From positions 64,001-128,000 of the IMG/VR virus record IMGVR_UViG_3300044878_000059: a DNA stretch of 64,000 nt; one strand, written 5' to 3'. Of this stretch, positions 38,867 to 48,229 are shown piece after piece (within the stretch, counting starts at the first letter, position 1; each line of letters begins with the position of its first letter). The notes beneath the pieces are model-generated. The model saw only the letters and a program-made list of their open reading frames with translations, was not told where the DNA came from and did not search any database. Source of the stretch: a virus (taxonomy: Duplodnaviria > Heunggongvirae > Uroviricota > Caudoviricetes). The translations under genes were made by a program, and so were the position numbers.

Positions 38867-40375
38867 ATGACTGTTCTATCTGAAAAATGGCAAGCGCTTT
38901 TGGAAGCCGAAAATCTGCCAGCAATCGCCAGCGCAAAACGTGGTGACATTGTTGCACAGATTCTTGAGAACCAAGAACGTGACCTGATCACCGAAGGCCA
39001 CCTGACCGAAGCACAGGTTCAGGGCGACTATACCGGTGGTGCAACAGGCGTTGCTGCGGGTACAACTACTGGCGGTATCGTTGGTGTTGCTCCTACTGTA
39101 ATGGGCCTTGTTCGCCGTATCGTTCCACAACTGATGGCATTTGACACCGTTGGTGTTCAGCCTCTGACTGGCCCATCTGGTCAGGTTTTCTACCTTCGTT
39201 CCGTATACGGTTCTGATCCTCGCGCTGCTGGCTTCACCGAAGCATTCGCACCGGGTAAAGCACCTGTAGTTGGTTGGTCTGGTAGCCTTGGTGGTACTGG
39301 TATTGGCGGTCTGCAAATTCCTAACGCCGTAGCTTATGTTGCTGCTGCTGTAATCGCTCCAAACGATTTCGTTAAATTCACCGGTACTAATGGCTCTACT
39401 GAGTACATGCAGTATGTTGGTGTTGCTAACCGTACCGTTGGTGCTGATGCACAAGTTGACTTCACTGCTGCTGTTACTGCAAACGTACTGATCCCTGTTG
39501 GTACTGGTCTGTTGACTTCCATTGCTGAAACCATGGAAAACTTCAACGGTACTTCTGGTAACCCATACGCTGAAATGTCGTTCCGTATCGACAAACAAAC
39601 TGTTACTGCAAAATCTCGTCAACTGAAAGCCCAATACTCGTTGGAACTTGCACAAGACTTGCGCGCTGTACACGGTCTGGATGCTGATAGCGAACTGAGC
39701 AACATTCTTGCTACAGAAATTCTGGTTGAAATCAACCGTGAAACCGTAAACACCGTTCTGACTCAAGCTCAAACTGGTGCTGCTGGTCAAACTGCTGGTA
39801 CAACTGTTCCGGGCGTGTTTAACTTGGCCGACGCTAACGACGTGAAAAACGCTCGTTGGGCTGGTGAAGCTTACAAAGCTCTGATGATTCAAATCGAAAA
39901 AGAAGCAAACGAAATCGGTCGTCAGACTGGTCGTGGCAACGGTAACTTCATTATCGCTTCCCGTAACGTTGTTTCTGCTCTGGCAATGACCGATGCGTTG
40001 GTTAGCTGGGGACAACAAGGTCTGCAAAATGGCAGCCTGAACACTGATACCAACAACTCGGTATTCGCTGGTGTTCTGGGTGGTCGTTTCAAAGTGTACA
40101 TTGACCAATACGCACAATTCGATTACTTCGTAGTTGGATACAAAGGTGCCAACGAAATGGACGCTGGTGTTTACTACAGCCCATACGTTCCGTTGACTAC
40201 CCTGCGCGGTCAAAACCCTGCGAACATGCAGCCAGTGATGGCAATGAAAACTCGTTACGCGATGAGCGTTAACCCGTTTGCCCTGCCTCAAGAGCAACAA
40301 ATCATCGACGGTTCGCCTCTGCGTACTATCGGTAAAAACCCTTACTACCGTCGTGTACTGGTTAAAGGTCTGTAA
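38867..40375 (+). CDS. 23: major capsid protein (T4 gp23)
   Basis: VGVQPLTGPSGQVFYLR, KSRQLKAQYSLELAQDLRAVHGLDA, YSPYVPL. Confidence 0.98.
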   Translation: MTVLSEKWQALLEAENLPAIASAKRGDIVAQILENQERDLITEGHLTEAQVQGDYTGGATGVAAGTTTGGIVGVAPTVMGLVRRIVPQLMAFDTVGVQPLTGPSGQVFYLRSVYGSDPRAAGFTEAFAPGKAPVVGWSGSLGGTGIGGLQIPNAVAYVAAAVIAPNDFVKFTGTNGSTEYMQYVGVANRTVGADAQVDFTAAVTANVLIPVGTGLLTSIAETMENFNGTSGNPYAEMSFRIDKQTVTAKSRQLKAQYSLELAQDLRAVHGLDADSELSNILATEILVEINRETVNTVLTQAQTGAAGQTAGTTVPGVFNLADANDVKNARWAGEAYKALMIQIEKEANEIGRQTGRGNGNFIIASRNVVSALAMTDALVSWGQQGLQNGSLNTDTNNSVFAGVLGGRFKVYIDQYAQFDYFVVGYKGANEMDAGVYYSPYVPLTTLRGQNPANMQPVMAMKTRYAMSVNPFALPQEQQIIDGSPLRTIGKNPYYRRVLVKGL

Positions 40376-40409
40376 TAGACTTTTACCCAGAGGGTTAAAA
40401 CAAATCAAA

Positions 40410-40437
40410 GGGAAATCCGAAAGGGTTTCCCTTTTTT
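40410..40437 (+). terminator. intrinsic terminator after gene 23
   Basis: GGGAAATCC-GAAA-GGGTTTCCC-TTTTTT. Confidence 0.88.
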
Positions 40438-40469
40438 GTTGCCTAAAGAAACGCAAAGTTACAGGCAAT

Positions 40470-40491
40470 AAAAAAGGGTGCCGAAGCACCC
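40470..40491 (-). terminator. intrinsic terminator after tad2
   Basis: Minus strand GGGTGC-TTCG-GCACCC-TTTTTT. Confidence 0.88.
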
Positions 40492-40498
40492 TTTTGGT

Positions 40499-40759
40499 TT
40501 AAACAATCTGCCAGTCTTCGGCAAGTACGTCGGTCTGCGATGCAGTCCAAACAGCACATTTACCATCCGCTGTACGCAAATCAATGTGTGGCTGGTAATC
40601 AATCTCTGTGCCTTCTGGGAAGATACCCAGCAATGGCGCACGACTTACGGTAAATCTTGATCCTGCAACAAAGTACAGGAACATACCCTTACCATTCCAT
40701 CCAGCTCTGCAAACCAGTTTCCCGGCTTTCAGAGCTTCAAGGGCTTGCCCAAAATTCAT
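40499..40759 (-). CDS. tad2: Thoeris anti-defence 2 (Tad2, DUF2829) family protein
   Basis: MNFGQALEALKAG...RAGWNGKGMFL...RTADGK...WTASQTDVLAEDW matches the Tad2 pattern. Confidence 0.88.
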   Translation of the reverse strand: MNFGQALEALKAGKLVCRAGWNGKGMFLYFVAGSRFTVSRAPLLGIFPEGTEIDYQPHIDLRTADGKCAVWTASQTDVLAEDWQIV

Positions 40760-41340
40760 TAGACAACATCCGCGAACTTGGAACTGGACATGCAGCGAAC
40801 TACCGCCGATCCGTTCTTACGTTTCCAGAACAGAACAGATTTCAACCCGGCTTTCGCAACATGGGAATCAATCAAGCTCTGCCAACCCGGCATTTGAACC
40901 AAATCAAATACGCCTTTTGGACATGGGATATGACCGGTAAATGCTTCACCAACCATAGTTGGTCGCAGAATTGGTGCAAAACCATCTTCCAGTTCGTATT
41001 CGAAGCCATCCGGCAATTCGGTGGTAGCGGTCGATTCAACTGGTTGGCTGAATTCTTCTACCAATTCCGGTGCGGTATCTTCTGGTTCAACAACCGGTTC
41101 TACTTCTTCCGGCTCTGCACCTTCGATTACGGCTTCTGTGGGGTCTACGGGCGATTCTACGGTTTCATCCGTCACATCGCCAAGGTCTTCGCCTACAGGG
41201 TCAACAGAAGCGCTTACAGGGGCTTCTACGACTTCCGGTGTTTCTACGGTTTCTTCAACCACTGGGGTTTCAACAACCTGTTCGGCTGCTGCTTTTGCTG
41301 CGGCTTCTTTAGCCAGTGCTGCGTTGGACTTACGGCCCAT
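40759..41340 (-). CDS. inh: inhibitor of prohead protease (T4 Inh-like)
   Basis: Acidic middle; C-terminal F-x-P-x-L ... P-x-W-x-S ... NGSAVVR pattern like T4 Inh; divergent from uvsW as in T4. Confidence 0.65.
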   Translation of the reverse strand: MGRKSNAALAKEAAAKAAAEQVVETPVVEETVETPEVVEAPVSASVDPVGEDLGDVTDETVESPVDPTEAVIEGAEPEEVEPVVEPEDTAPELVEEFSQPVESTATTELPDGFEYELEDGFAPILRPTMVGEAFTGHIPCPKGVFDLVQMPGWQSLIDSHVAKAGLKSVLFWKRKNGSAVVRCMSSSKFADVV

Positions 41341-41352
41341 TTTTTTTCACTC

Positions 41353-41388
41353 CATAAATAAAGAATAATCATTACTTGAATATTTATA
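41353..41388. promoter_or_regulatory. divergent late promoters for uvsW (+, CATAAATA 41353-41360) and inh (-, TATAAATA 41388-41381)
   Basis: Consensus cores on opposite strands between the two genes. Confidence 0.75.
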
Positions 41389-42872
41389 CCCCTATGTACG
41401 ACGTGAAAATTGCGGCTTATGATGAGTCCTTTGTCTCGGTTACCGGTGAACCATCTGTTCGCTACGACCTGCACGACAAATTCAAATTTTATGTTGACGG
41501 CTCTGAGTTCAGCCCCAAAGTCAAATATGGCGTATGGGATGGATATATCAGGCTGTACAACCTACAACAACAATTGCTGCCGAAGGGTTTGCTGCTGGAA
41601 CTGTTGCAATACTGCAAAGATGAAGGCTACAGCATTGACTTCGACAAAACCCTGATCCCTCAGAAGATCGACAAAGAACATTATGATGCTTGGTTGGACT
41701 CGAAAGAGATTCTGGCTAAAGGCAATCGTATCAAACCACACTGGTATCAATATGATGCAGTGTTGCATGGTTTGAACAAACAACGTGCGTTGCTGAAACT
41801 CCCGACATCTGCCGGTAAGTCTCTGATCATTGCACTGTTGACCAAACACGAATATGAAGCCGGTGGTAGAATCTTGGTTCTGGTTCCGACTGACGTATTG
41901 CGTCAACAGATGGCAGAAGACTTGATGGACTACGGGCTGTTTGATGAAAATGATATCCACGTTCTAGACCCAAAGGCTAAGAAACAAACCCAAGGGTTCA
42001 AGCGTGTAGTTATCACCACATGGCAGACCGCCGTTAAGAAAGATAAAGAGTGGATGGAACAGTTCACCATGCTATTGAACGATGAAGTTCACTTGGCAAC
42101 TGGTAAGAGCTTGCAGACCATCAACGAGAAGATGACTGATGCCGCGTACAAGATCGGCTTGACTGGTACACTGAAAGATACAAAGTGCCACATCATGCAA
42201 CTGATCGCCCTGTTCGGGCCTGTATTCGCTCCGATCACTACTCGCCAGATGATTGATGAAGGTTCCGCATCTGCTATCGGTGTGCATGGTTTCGTTCTGG
42301 GTTATTCCGATGAAGAACGCAAATCAGTTAAACCGATGAAGTACCCGGAAGAAATTGATTTCATCGTTAACCACGAAAAGAGAAATGACTTTGTGGTGAA
42401 ACTGGCGGGAGCTTTCAAGGACGAGAACACGATTATTCTGTTCCATCGCGTTGAACACGGGAAGATACTGTACAAGAAGGCTGTTAAAGCTCTTGAGGGC
42501 ACCGGTAGGAAGGTTTATCTGATCTTCGGTGGTACGGCCAAGGATCATCGTACAGAGGCTAAGAAGAACCTAGAGAACGAAACAGGTTCTATCGTAATTG
42601 CATCATACGGTGTGTTCGCAACAGGCGTAAGCATCAACAACCTGCACAACGCAATCTTTGCACACCCGACTAAGAGCAAGATCATTTCGTTGCAGTCGCT
42701 GGGTAGATTGTTGCGTAAACACAAGTCAAAAACAAAAGCAAGAATGTTTGATATTGTGGATGATATTAGTCATGGTAAAGCCCATAACTATGCGTATGAA
42801 CATGGTGTTGAACGCTTGAAGTTCTATACCCAAGAAGAACACGAACTAACCGTCAAGAAGGTACAACTTTGA
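41376..42872 (+). CDS. uvsW: UvsW RNA-DNA / DNA-DNA helicase
   Basis: KPHWYQ, LPTSAGKSLI, DEVH, GLTGT, QSLGRLLR. Confidence 0.96.
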   Translation: MNIYTPMYDVKIAAYDESFVSVTGEPSVRYDLHDKFKFYVDGSEFSPKVKYGVWDGYIRLYNLQQQLLPKGLLLELLQYCKDEGYSIDFDKTLIPQKIDKEHYDAWLDSKEILAKGNRIKPHWYQYDAVLHGLNKQRALLKLPTSAGKSLIIALLTKHEYEAGGRILVLVPTDVLRQQMAEDLMDYGLFDENDIHVLDPKAKKQTQGFKRVVITTWQTAVKKDKEWMEQFTMLLNDEVHLATGKSLQTINEKMTDAAYKIGLTGTLKDTKCHIMQLIALFGPVFAPITTRQMIDEGSASAIGVHGFVLGYSDEERKSVKPMKYPEEIDFIVNHEKRNDFVVKLAGAFKDENTIILFHRVEHGKILYKKAVKALEGTGRKVYLIFGGTAKDHRTEAKKNLENETGSIVIASYGVFATGVSINNLHNAIFAHPTKSKIISLQSLGRLLRKHKSKTKARMFDIVDDISHGKAHNYAYEHGVERLKFYTQEEHELTVKKVQL

Positions 42873-43057
42873 TGAAAACCGATCTAGAACTTTACATCGA
42901 GTCCTTTGCCCCACCGGGTATGGACTCATGGATTGATACAAACCGCCAAGCGTTCATCGACCAGCACGGGCCGAATGAATATGAGGCATTCCTTATGAGT
43001 GCTGCATGGACGATGTATCGTCGAATCTACCGCGACCCAGAAGTTTTGTCGCAATAA
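42869..43057 (+). CDS. small hypothetical protein (UvsW.1 position)
   Basis: 62 aa ORF overlapping the uvsW stop, followed by a terminator. Confidence 0.6.
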   Translation: MMKTDLELYIESFAPPGMDSWIDTNRQAFIDQHGPNEYEAFLMSAAWTMYRRIYRDPEVLSQ

Positions 43058-43082
43058 AAAAGGGGCCAATTGGCCCCTTTTT
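43056..43082. terminator. bidirectional terminator
   Basis: Palindrome AAAAAGGGGCCAATTGGCCCCTTTTT between convergent genes. Confidence 0.88.
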
Positions 43083-43084
43083 CT

Positions 43085-43330
43085 TTAATCGTCAATAGTT
43101 CCATGACCATTGAAACGTTTCCCACCCGACATAACAAAGCCGCTTGGGTCAACGTAAACATGGCCTTCCTCGCAAAGATCACCGTTTACAGTGATAGTAC
43201 GCGGCCCGGACGTATGAATTCCATGTGACACCAGATACGCATCAATTGCTGTTGCAACTTCGTCGCCGGTCAGTTTGATAAGAACGCCGGGGCCGTATGT
43301 GGTTCGACCGCCGCCGAATTTAACCTGCAT
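43085..43330 (-). CDS. hypothetical protein (81 aa)
   Basis: Tightly packed minus-strand ORF. Confidence 0.7.
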   Translation of the reverse strand: MQVKFGGGRTTYGPGVLIKLTGDEVATAIDAYLVSHGIHTSGPRTITVNGDLCEEGHVYVDPSGFVMSGGKRFNGHGTIDD

Positions 43331-43568
43331 TGGTGACTTCCCTGAATGCAGCTTCTAACGCCGCATGATCAAATGGCTTTGGTGGATCGGGGTCAGGGTT
43401 TGATGCAACCCATGCTTCCCATTGTTCTTTGGTCACACCCAATCGAGCGGCTTCACCAGACACATTGGAACATCCCATACAGCCGCACCAGCCACCGCCA
43501 CACCAGCGATAACGCCATTCGGGTTGAATACCCATCATGACTTCGTGTACTTGTTCTTTAGACATCAT
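43320..43568 (-). CDS. hypothetical protein with a Cys motif (82 aa)
   Basis: WCGGGWCGCMGC. Confidence 0.65.
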   Translation of the reverse strand: MMSKEQVHEVMMGIQPEWRYRWCGGGWCGCMGCSNVSGEAARLGVTKEQWEAWVASNPDPDPPKPFDHAALEAAFREVTNAG

Positions 43569-43776
43569 TGCAGTGCCCGCATACAGGGAGTTCGTAGGGA
43601 TCAGCCGGGGCCGGTGTTACCGTGCCACAACTTGAACAATATTTGTGTTTCGGATACCGTAAGAAGTAGTATTTGGAACCGAAGATCGACACCCAAACAC
43701 CGTACCCATCACAGATGCCGCAATTGGCATTCCGGTTCTTAGCGAACCGCCACCACTTCCAATCAAAAGAATTCAT
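43558..43776 (-). CDS. hypothetical zinc-finger protein (72 aa)
   Basis: Three CxxC pairs. Confidence 0.65.
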   Translation of the reverse strand: MNSFDWKWWRFAKNRNANCGICDGYGVWVSIFGSKYYFLRYPKHKYCSSCGTVTPAPADPYELPVCGHCNDV

Positions 43777-43779
43777 TCA

Positions 43780-44187
43780 TCACATCCCGTTCTGGAATTT
43801 CAATAGGTCAATCTGGTTTTTGATTGCATATCCACGATCTTTCATCAGATCACAGGCTTTCAGGAAGAATTCGATTTTCAAATCAATCATCGAAATTGCC
43901 TTCTGTTTCGCCAGACATTCAGAATCACCCTCAAGGTTGTACTTGATGGCGGTTCTGTCCAAATTGTAATCGAACACATCACGACCGATACCGGCGTAAT
44001 AGTTGTATCGATTCTTCTCAAGCTCTTTGAACTCGTTCAATTCACGCATACGCAAGCCACGTTGTCTTTGCAACTGGCCGAAGTACCATGCGTGCTTGTT
44101 CAGGTTCGATGACGTTTCTTCCAACAGGTTTGATGGATCAATCTTCAAATCGGCATCGAGCTTGGCTTGCAACTCATTCAAGTTCAT
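43780..44187 (-). CDS. uvsY: recombination mediator UvsY
   Basis: DADLKID...LLEE, YNYYAG, RGYAIKNQIDLLKFQNG. Confidence 0.9.
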   Translation of the reverse strand: MNLNELQAKLDADLKIDPSNLLEETSSNLNKHAWYFGQLQRQRGLRMRELNEFKELEKNRYNYYAGIGRDVFDYNLDRTAIKYNLEGDSECLAKQKAISMIDLKIEFFLKACDLMKDRGYAIKNQIDLLKFQNGM

Positions 44188-44308
44188 CGTTTCGTTTCCT
44201 GTGTTTCTCTTTGCCGCGTTTCGCTTCTTTCTTTTTGTCTGGAATAGTAACCGGGCGGTTAAAGTCTTCCATAAAATGTGCTACTGGGTTTCTCACTCGC
44301 CCGGTCAT
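44174..44308 (-). CDS. small basic conserved phage protein (44 aa)
   Basis: Read by hand: MTGRVRNPVAHFMEDFNRPVTIPDKKKEAKRGKEKHRKRNDELE*; NPVA..DFN motif. Confidence 0.65.
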   Translation of the reverse strand: MTGRVRNPVAHFMEDFNRPVTIPDKKKEAKRGKEKHRKRNDELE

Positions 44309-44313
44309 TTGTA

Positions 44314-44550
44314 TCATTCCTCTTTGGTTGGTGTCGGTGCGTCAATCGCTTCCTGTTCAGTCAGGAACAGCATGTACGCATCGTCTTCATCGAATTCGTA
44401 GATGTAGTCACCGGCATCTGTGCATTCGATCCACAACTTACCGTCGCGTTCAAATGGATTCTGCCACGCTTTGAAATCCCAGACCTTACCGTCCTTGGGG
44501 TCTTTGCCCCAAAAACGTTGGCTGTTCTTAATGTCCTTGATAGCCAGCAT
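44314..44550 (-). CDS. hypothetical protein (78 aa)
   Basis: Packed ORF sharing a start/stop overlap with its neighbour. Confidence 0.7.
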   Translation of the reverse strand: MLAIKDIKNSQRFWGKDPKDGKVWDFKAWQNPFERDGKLWIECTDAGDYIYEFDEDDAYMLFLTEQEAIDAPTPTKEE

Positions 44551-45137
44551 TATACAGGCTTCAACATTTGAATCAAATTGCTCAGTTCGGCCCAGTTGTT
44601 AGCGACCAATGATGCAGTCACATCCACCCGAGCGTCAATTTTCAGACGAATCGCGGTGTGACCGGCGTTCTGTGCTTCCAAGATGTGGCTTGGTGAATCG
44701 TCGATGAAAATCGTTGGATCAAACTTCGACAGCACATTGAACTTGGACTGGTTCAGGCCAACACAGAACAGTTCTGTGAATGCGCCCGGATACCAGAATT
44801 CCAGATTCTGCATACGCAATTCATGGGTGATTGGGCTGTTCAGAACCGCCGTGACCCCGATGAAATTGTATTTATGCTTCAAGGTATTGATAGCCAACAG
44901 AGCATCCTTGAATGGACTCAGGAAGCCCATGTACTTCGATTCCTGATACTCGGTTGCCAAAGCCATTGCGGTGTCAGAATCGACACCGAACAGTTCTTCA
45001 AACGTGCGATATTCACCGCTGGCATACATCTTGATAGCCTGTTCGGTTGGATAACCTTTCTTTTCCATGAAGTACGGAAAACGAGACATCCAATCCAAGC
45101 AAACGCCGTCAATATCACACAGAATGGTTGGTTTCAA
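44550..45137 (-). CDS. 30.2: HAD-family nucleotidase (T4 gp30.2-like)
   Basis: MKPTILCDIDGV, FLSPFKDAL, IFIDDS. Confidence 0.88.
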   Translation of the reverse strand: MKPTILCDIDGVCLDWMSRFPYFMEKKGYPTEQAIKMYASGEYRTFEELFGVDSDTAMALATEYQESKYMGFLSPFKDALLAINTLKHKYNFIGVTAVLNSPITHELRMQNLEFWYPGAFTELFCVGLNQSKFNVLSKFDPTIFIDDSPSHILEAQNAGHTAIRLKIDARVDVTASLVANNWAELSNLIQMLKPV

Positions 45138-46493
45138 TTACTTAACACTCGCAATAGATTTCTTGGTTTGCAACTCGTCAAGGGAGTTTGCAACTGTTTT
45201 GTCTGGACGCAGAACCACAAACTGTGGCAGGAACAGGCTGTAGATCGTCGCACCACGGCGTTTCACGATCCCGTTGTATTCGATTTCCGCAATGGAACCA
45301 CCGATGGTATGGCGATTCTCCCAGAACCATTTACGTTCATCGTCGGACATGCCAGATGCATCAACGAACAACTGACGGCAACTGGTAGAGCAACGCAGCG
45401 TACCGGCAACGTCTTCGTATTTCTTGCCTTCTTTACCGGCGATGACTTCGAGGATTTCAAGGTCAGCGGTCATTACCTGCTTGAACTTGACTTGGTTCTT
45501 CGAACGTGCATCTTCCCATGGGCCGTCAAGGTTCTTGAGAATGATTCCTTCAAGGTCTTGTTCGATGTACTTTTGATACACCGCTTCGGCTTCTTGCAGG
45601 TTGTTCACGACCGTGGTTTCGATTACGGATGTGAATGTATCATGGTTCAGTTCTTTAAGGAACCGAAGACGTTCAGAATAGAACTGATTGTCGAACCCAG
45701 CTTGCCACGCATCGTAAGGGATCAAATCCCACACTTGGAAATGCAGTTGTGCTTCTTCTTCTGGACTGATAGAACCCTTCACTGCTTTGTTGTAGATGCC
45801 GTTCCCGGTTGCACGGTCAACAACACCGTTTGCATCAATCGAGATAATTTCACCATCGACAACCCAAGTACCTTCCCACGAACCATCCGCGAACAAGGCC
45901 AGCATTTTGTCTGCGGTTTCTTTGCTCAGGAATACTTCGTTACCCTTGCGAGTCCAGAAAGTAACAGTCTGTTTGTCAAGATCGACAATTACCTGTGTGC
46001 GGCTACCGTCAGCTTTGAGCTGTGCATACGCCGGGTACTTGATCTTCTTCAAGGCTTTGTCGGAGAACGACGTAGCGAGCATCACAGCGAACCGTGGCAC
46101 CAGTCCGGGCCAAACCTTGTCAGCCGAACCATCACCAGCACCGATACGCAGATCACGACCCAGAACACGGCGAAGCACTTCCGCATCACGTTCGGTCAGG
46201 GATTCCAACAGGTTCTGTACGAATGCCGCCGCTGCATGTCCGGTGTAGACACGGGCCGACAAATTGACCAACGCAGCCATAGCAGATGCAAGGGTTTCTT
46301 CACCCCGGTATTCGGTTGCGGTTGGAAGCTTTTTGATATAGAAACTGATCAGGCCGTTCAGGGCCAGAAAGAAGGCTTGTTTCAGATCAGGATTTGTTTT
46401 ATTGGCTTCGAGGATCGCCAATTTATCATTTTTGCCGGGTACTGCGGACACGGCTTCGAGGATGCTAAGCACATCAGGGTATTGATTTGTCAT
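45138..46493 (-). CDS. 30: ATP-dependent DNA ligase (T4 gp30), 451 aa
   Basis: AQLKADG active site, DGEI, EGIILKN; start trimmed to ATG 46493. Confidence 0.95.
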   Translation of the reverse strand: MTNQYPDVLSILEAVSAVPGKNDKLAILEANKTNPDLKQAFFLALNGLISFYIKKLPTATEYRGEETLASAMAALVNLSARVYTGHAAAAFVQNLLESLTERDAEVLRRVLGRDLRIGAGDGSADKVWPGLVPRFAVMLATSFSDKALKKIKYPAYAQLKADGSRTQVIVDLDKQTVTFWTRKGNEVFLSKETADKMLALFADGSWEGTWVVDGEIISIDANGVVDRATGNGIYNKAVKGSISPEEEAQLHFQVWDLIPYDAWQAGFDNQFYSERLRFLKELNHDTFTSVIETTVVNNLQEAEAVYQKYIEQDLEGIILKNLDGPWEDARSKNQVKFKQVMTADLEILEVIAGKEGKKYEDVAGTLRCSTSCRQLFVDASGMSDDERKWFWENRHTIGGSIAEIEYNGIVKRRGATIYSLFLPQFVVLRPDKTVANSLDELQTKKSIASVK

Positions 46494-46518
46494 TAATGCC
46501 TCATTGAATAGTGGGGTC

Positions 46519-46552
46519 ATAATAACAAAAAAGGCCCAATGAATAAACATTG
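46519..46552 (-). promoter_or_regulatory. early-type promoter for ligase, overlapping the phoH terminator
   Basis: CAATG-TTTATT-N17-TATTAT with TGn, inside hairpin AAGGCTCAATG/CATTGGGCCTT followed by TTTT. Confidence 0.65.
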
Positions 46553-46563
46553 AGCCTTTGATT

Positions 46564-47388
46564 TTATCGCTTGGTGTTGTATGCGTGAACCACGGTGAAA
46601 GCCAGCTCAGAACGAGTCTTCGAGTCTTCCAATGGGAAATCAAACCAATCCACGGTTGGATAGAATGGTGTACCATCTGTAGCAATGAACTTGGATCGTG
46701 CATTGGACAGGCCGTTACGGGTTGTATCATTCACGTACAACTGGGAAGGGTCACCAGCTACCACGATTTTTGTGTTTTTACCAGCACGTTCCAGCAACAG
46801 TTTCATGATCATTGGTTGAATCTGCTGTGCTTCGTCGATCAACACCAGTGCATTATCCCATGTACTGCCAAGGCAATAGTTTGGAATCTTGAAATGGATA
46901 CGATGATTCATATCAGTTTCAACCTTACCAGCACCCAGCAACAGATTCAAAGCGTCTTTGGCTGATGCGAAGTGTGGTTCGATTTTATCATTCAGTCCGT
47001 TTGGCAGGAACCCGATTTTGTCGGCACCGGCTTCCACTGGTGTACGAATGACGATCAGTTGCTTGTTGCTATCGGCAAGATACTGTTGAACGAATTCAGC
47101 CAGAATGCCCATGGTTTTACCAGCACCCGCCGCACCTTGGATAAACAGCAAATCGCGAGATTTGATAAGATTACCCACTGTCTTTTGAGATTTGGTCAAA
47201 TCGAGTTTTACACCGACCATTACAGCGTGTGACGATGGCTTAGCAGGCTTGCTGCCACGTTCTTTGCCGCGTTTAGGGTTTGATTCAAATCCACCCTCTA
47301 AACCCTGTTCGAATGCCGTTAGTGTTGCTTTTGCATCACGACGTTCGGCTCTGGTTGGTCGTTTGTTACGATTTTGTTGGTTGCCCAT
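46564..47388 (-). CDS. phoH: PhoH-like ATPase
   Basis: GAAGAGKT, IGFLPNG, LVLIDEAQQ, VVAGDPSQ. Confidence 0.9.
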   Translation of the reverse strand: MGNQQNRNKRPTRAERRDAKATLTAFEQGLEGGFESNPKRGKERGSKPAKPSSHAVMVGVKLDLTKSQKTVGNLIKSRDLLFIQGAAGAGKTMGILAEFVQQYLADSNKQLIVIRTPVEAGADKIGFLPNGLNDKIEPHFASAKDALNLLLGAGKVETDMNHRIHFKIPNYCLGSTWDNALVLIDEAQQIQPMIMKLLLERAGKNTKIVVAGDPSQLYVNDTTRNGLSNARSKFIATDGTPFYPTVDWFDFPLEDSKTRSELAFTVVHAYNTKR

Positions 47389-47398
47389 CTTGTACGCC

Positions 47399-47866
47399 TT
47401 ATTTGGTGAAGCTTTTCAAATGAGTTTGATATAGCTTTGTCAGGTCGGTTTTTGTCGCCTTTTTATCAAAGGTAACGCCAAGTGAAACGAGTTTTGCTTC
47501 TTGCTCTGGTTTTGTTAGACTTTTGAATTTTTTGACTTGATCCAAAAGGTGTTGCGGGTGTAATGGATTATCACCCGAGTCAAGTGCCAGATAAACACTT
47601 AAACCCCGTAGCCATTCAAAATAAATCGCAGGGTCACCGCCCATACGTCTATAGACCGATTTCAGTTTACCTTCGGTTCGGTTGCAATGGCTGTGTAATG
47701 CTCCACGGATGTGACCAGTATCATGGCAGTGGTCTAGGTGGATTTTGGATGTATCGTTCCCCAGAGGATAGCCACAGAGTCTACACAGTCCCTTTTGATC
47801 TAGGATCAGTTGAGCTTTGTATTTCTTGGCTTGGGCAACGGACAGTTGTTTAGGAAAATTGGACAA
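47399..47866 (-). CDS. 49: recombination endonuclease VII (T4 gp49), TTG start, 155 aa
   Basis: CRLCG...HLDHCH..GHIRGALHSHCN plus the C-terminal dimerisation helix region; SD AGGGG upstream of the TTG. Confidence 0.85.
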   Translation of the reverse strand: MSNFPKQLSVAQAKKYKAQLILDQKGLCRLCGYPLGNDTSKIHLDHCHDTGHIRGALHSHCNRTEGKLKSVYRRMGGDPAIYFEWLRGLSVYLALDSGDNPLHPQHLLDQVKKFKSLTKPEQEAKLVSLGVTFDKKATKTDLTKLYQTHLKSFTK

Positions 47867-47868
47867 AA

Positions 47869-47909
47869 AAATACCCCTATTGGATTTGATCCATATAGGG
47901 GTATTTAGG
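47869..47909 (-). promoter_or_regulatory. SD-sequestering hairpin with an embedded late promoter for gene 49
   Basis: AAATACCCCTAT / ATAGGGGTATTT 12-bp stem; CTAAATA overlaps the 5' arm. Confidence 0.7.
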
Positions 47910-47926
47910 GGCTTCAAGAGCTACGA

Positions 47927-48229
47927 TTACTGCGGGCAGGGTTCGCCAGCCATGCACTGAACCGGTTGGTATGATTCAACCGTTGGCAGAACTTCCAACA
48001 GACCCGGCTTCATGGTGATTTTCGCACCTTCGCGGGTTTGATACAGACACAGGAAATTTAGGATGTAGCCAGCAAACAGGCCGTAGACATGTTCGTCGGT
48101 GTAGTCACCGCGTTCGTTACGGGCGAATTCGTGGTCGGGGATTTCCGAACAGAAGATACGCATGCGGTTTTCAAACTGCGCACGTACCCTTGCGTCAACT
48201 TCTTTCAGTTCGTCTGGTGTATACATCAT
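47927..48229 (-). CDS. hypothetical protein (100 aa)
   Basis: Packed minus-strand ORF. Confidence 0.7.
   Translation of the reverse strand: MMYTPDELKEVDARVRAQFENRMRIFCSEIPDHEFARNERGDYTDEHVYGLFAGYILNFLCLYQTREGAKITMKPGLLEVLPTVESYQPVQCMAGEPCPQ

Noticed and set aside
46494-46730. N-terminal 79-aa extension of DNA ligase in the ORF track
   Set aside because: Overlaps phoH and a terminator/promoter; the ligase-like sequence begins at ATG 46493.
47399-47917. HNH homing endonuclease / mobile element
   Set aside because: Has the Endo VII C-terminal dimerisation region and gp49-type regulation, so it is the core resolvase.
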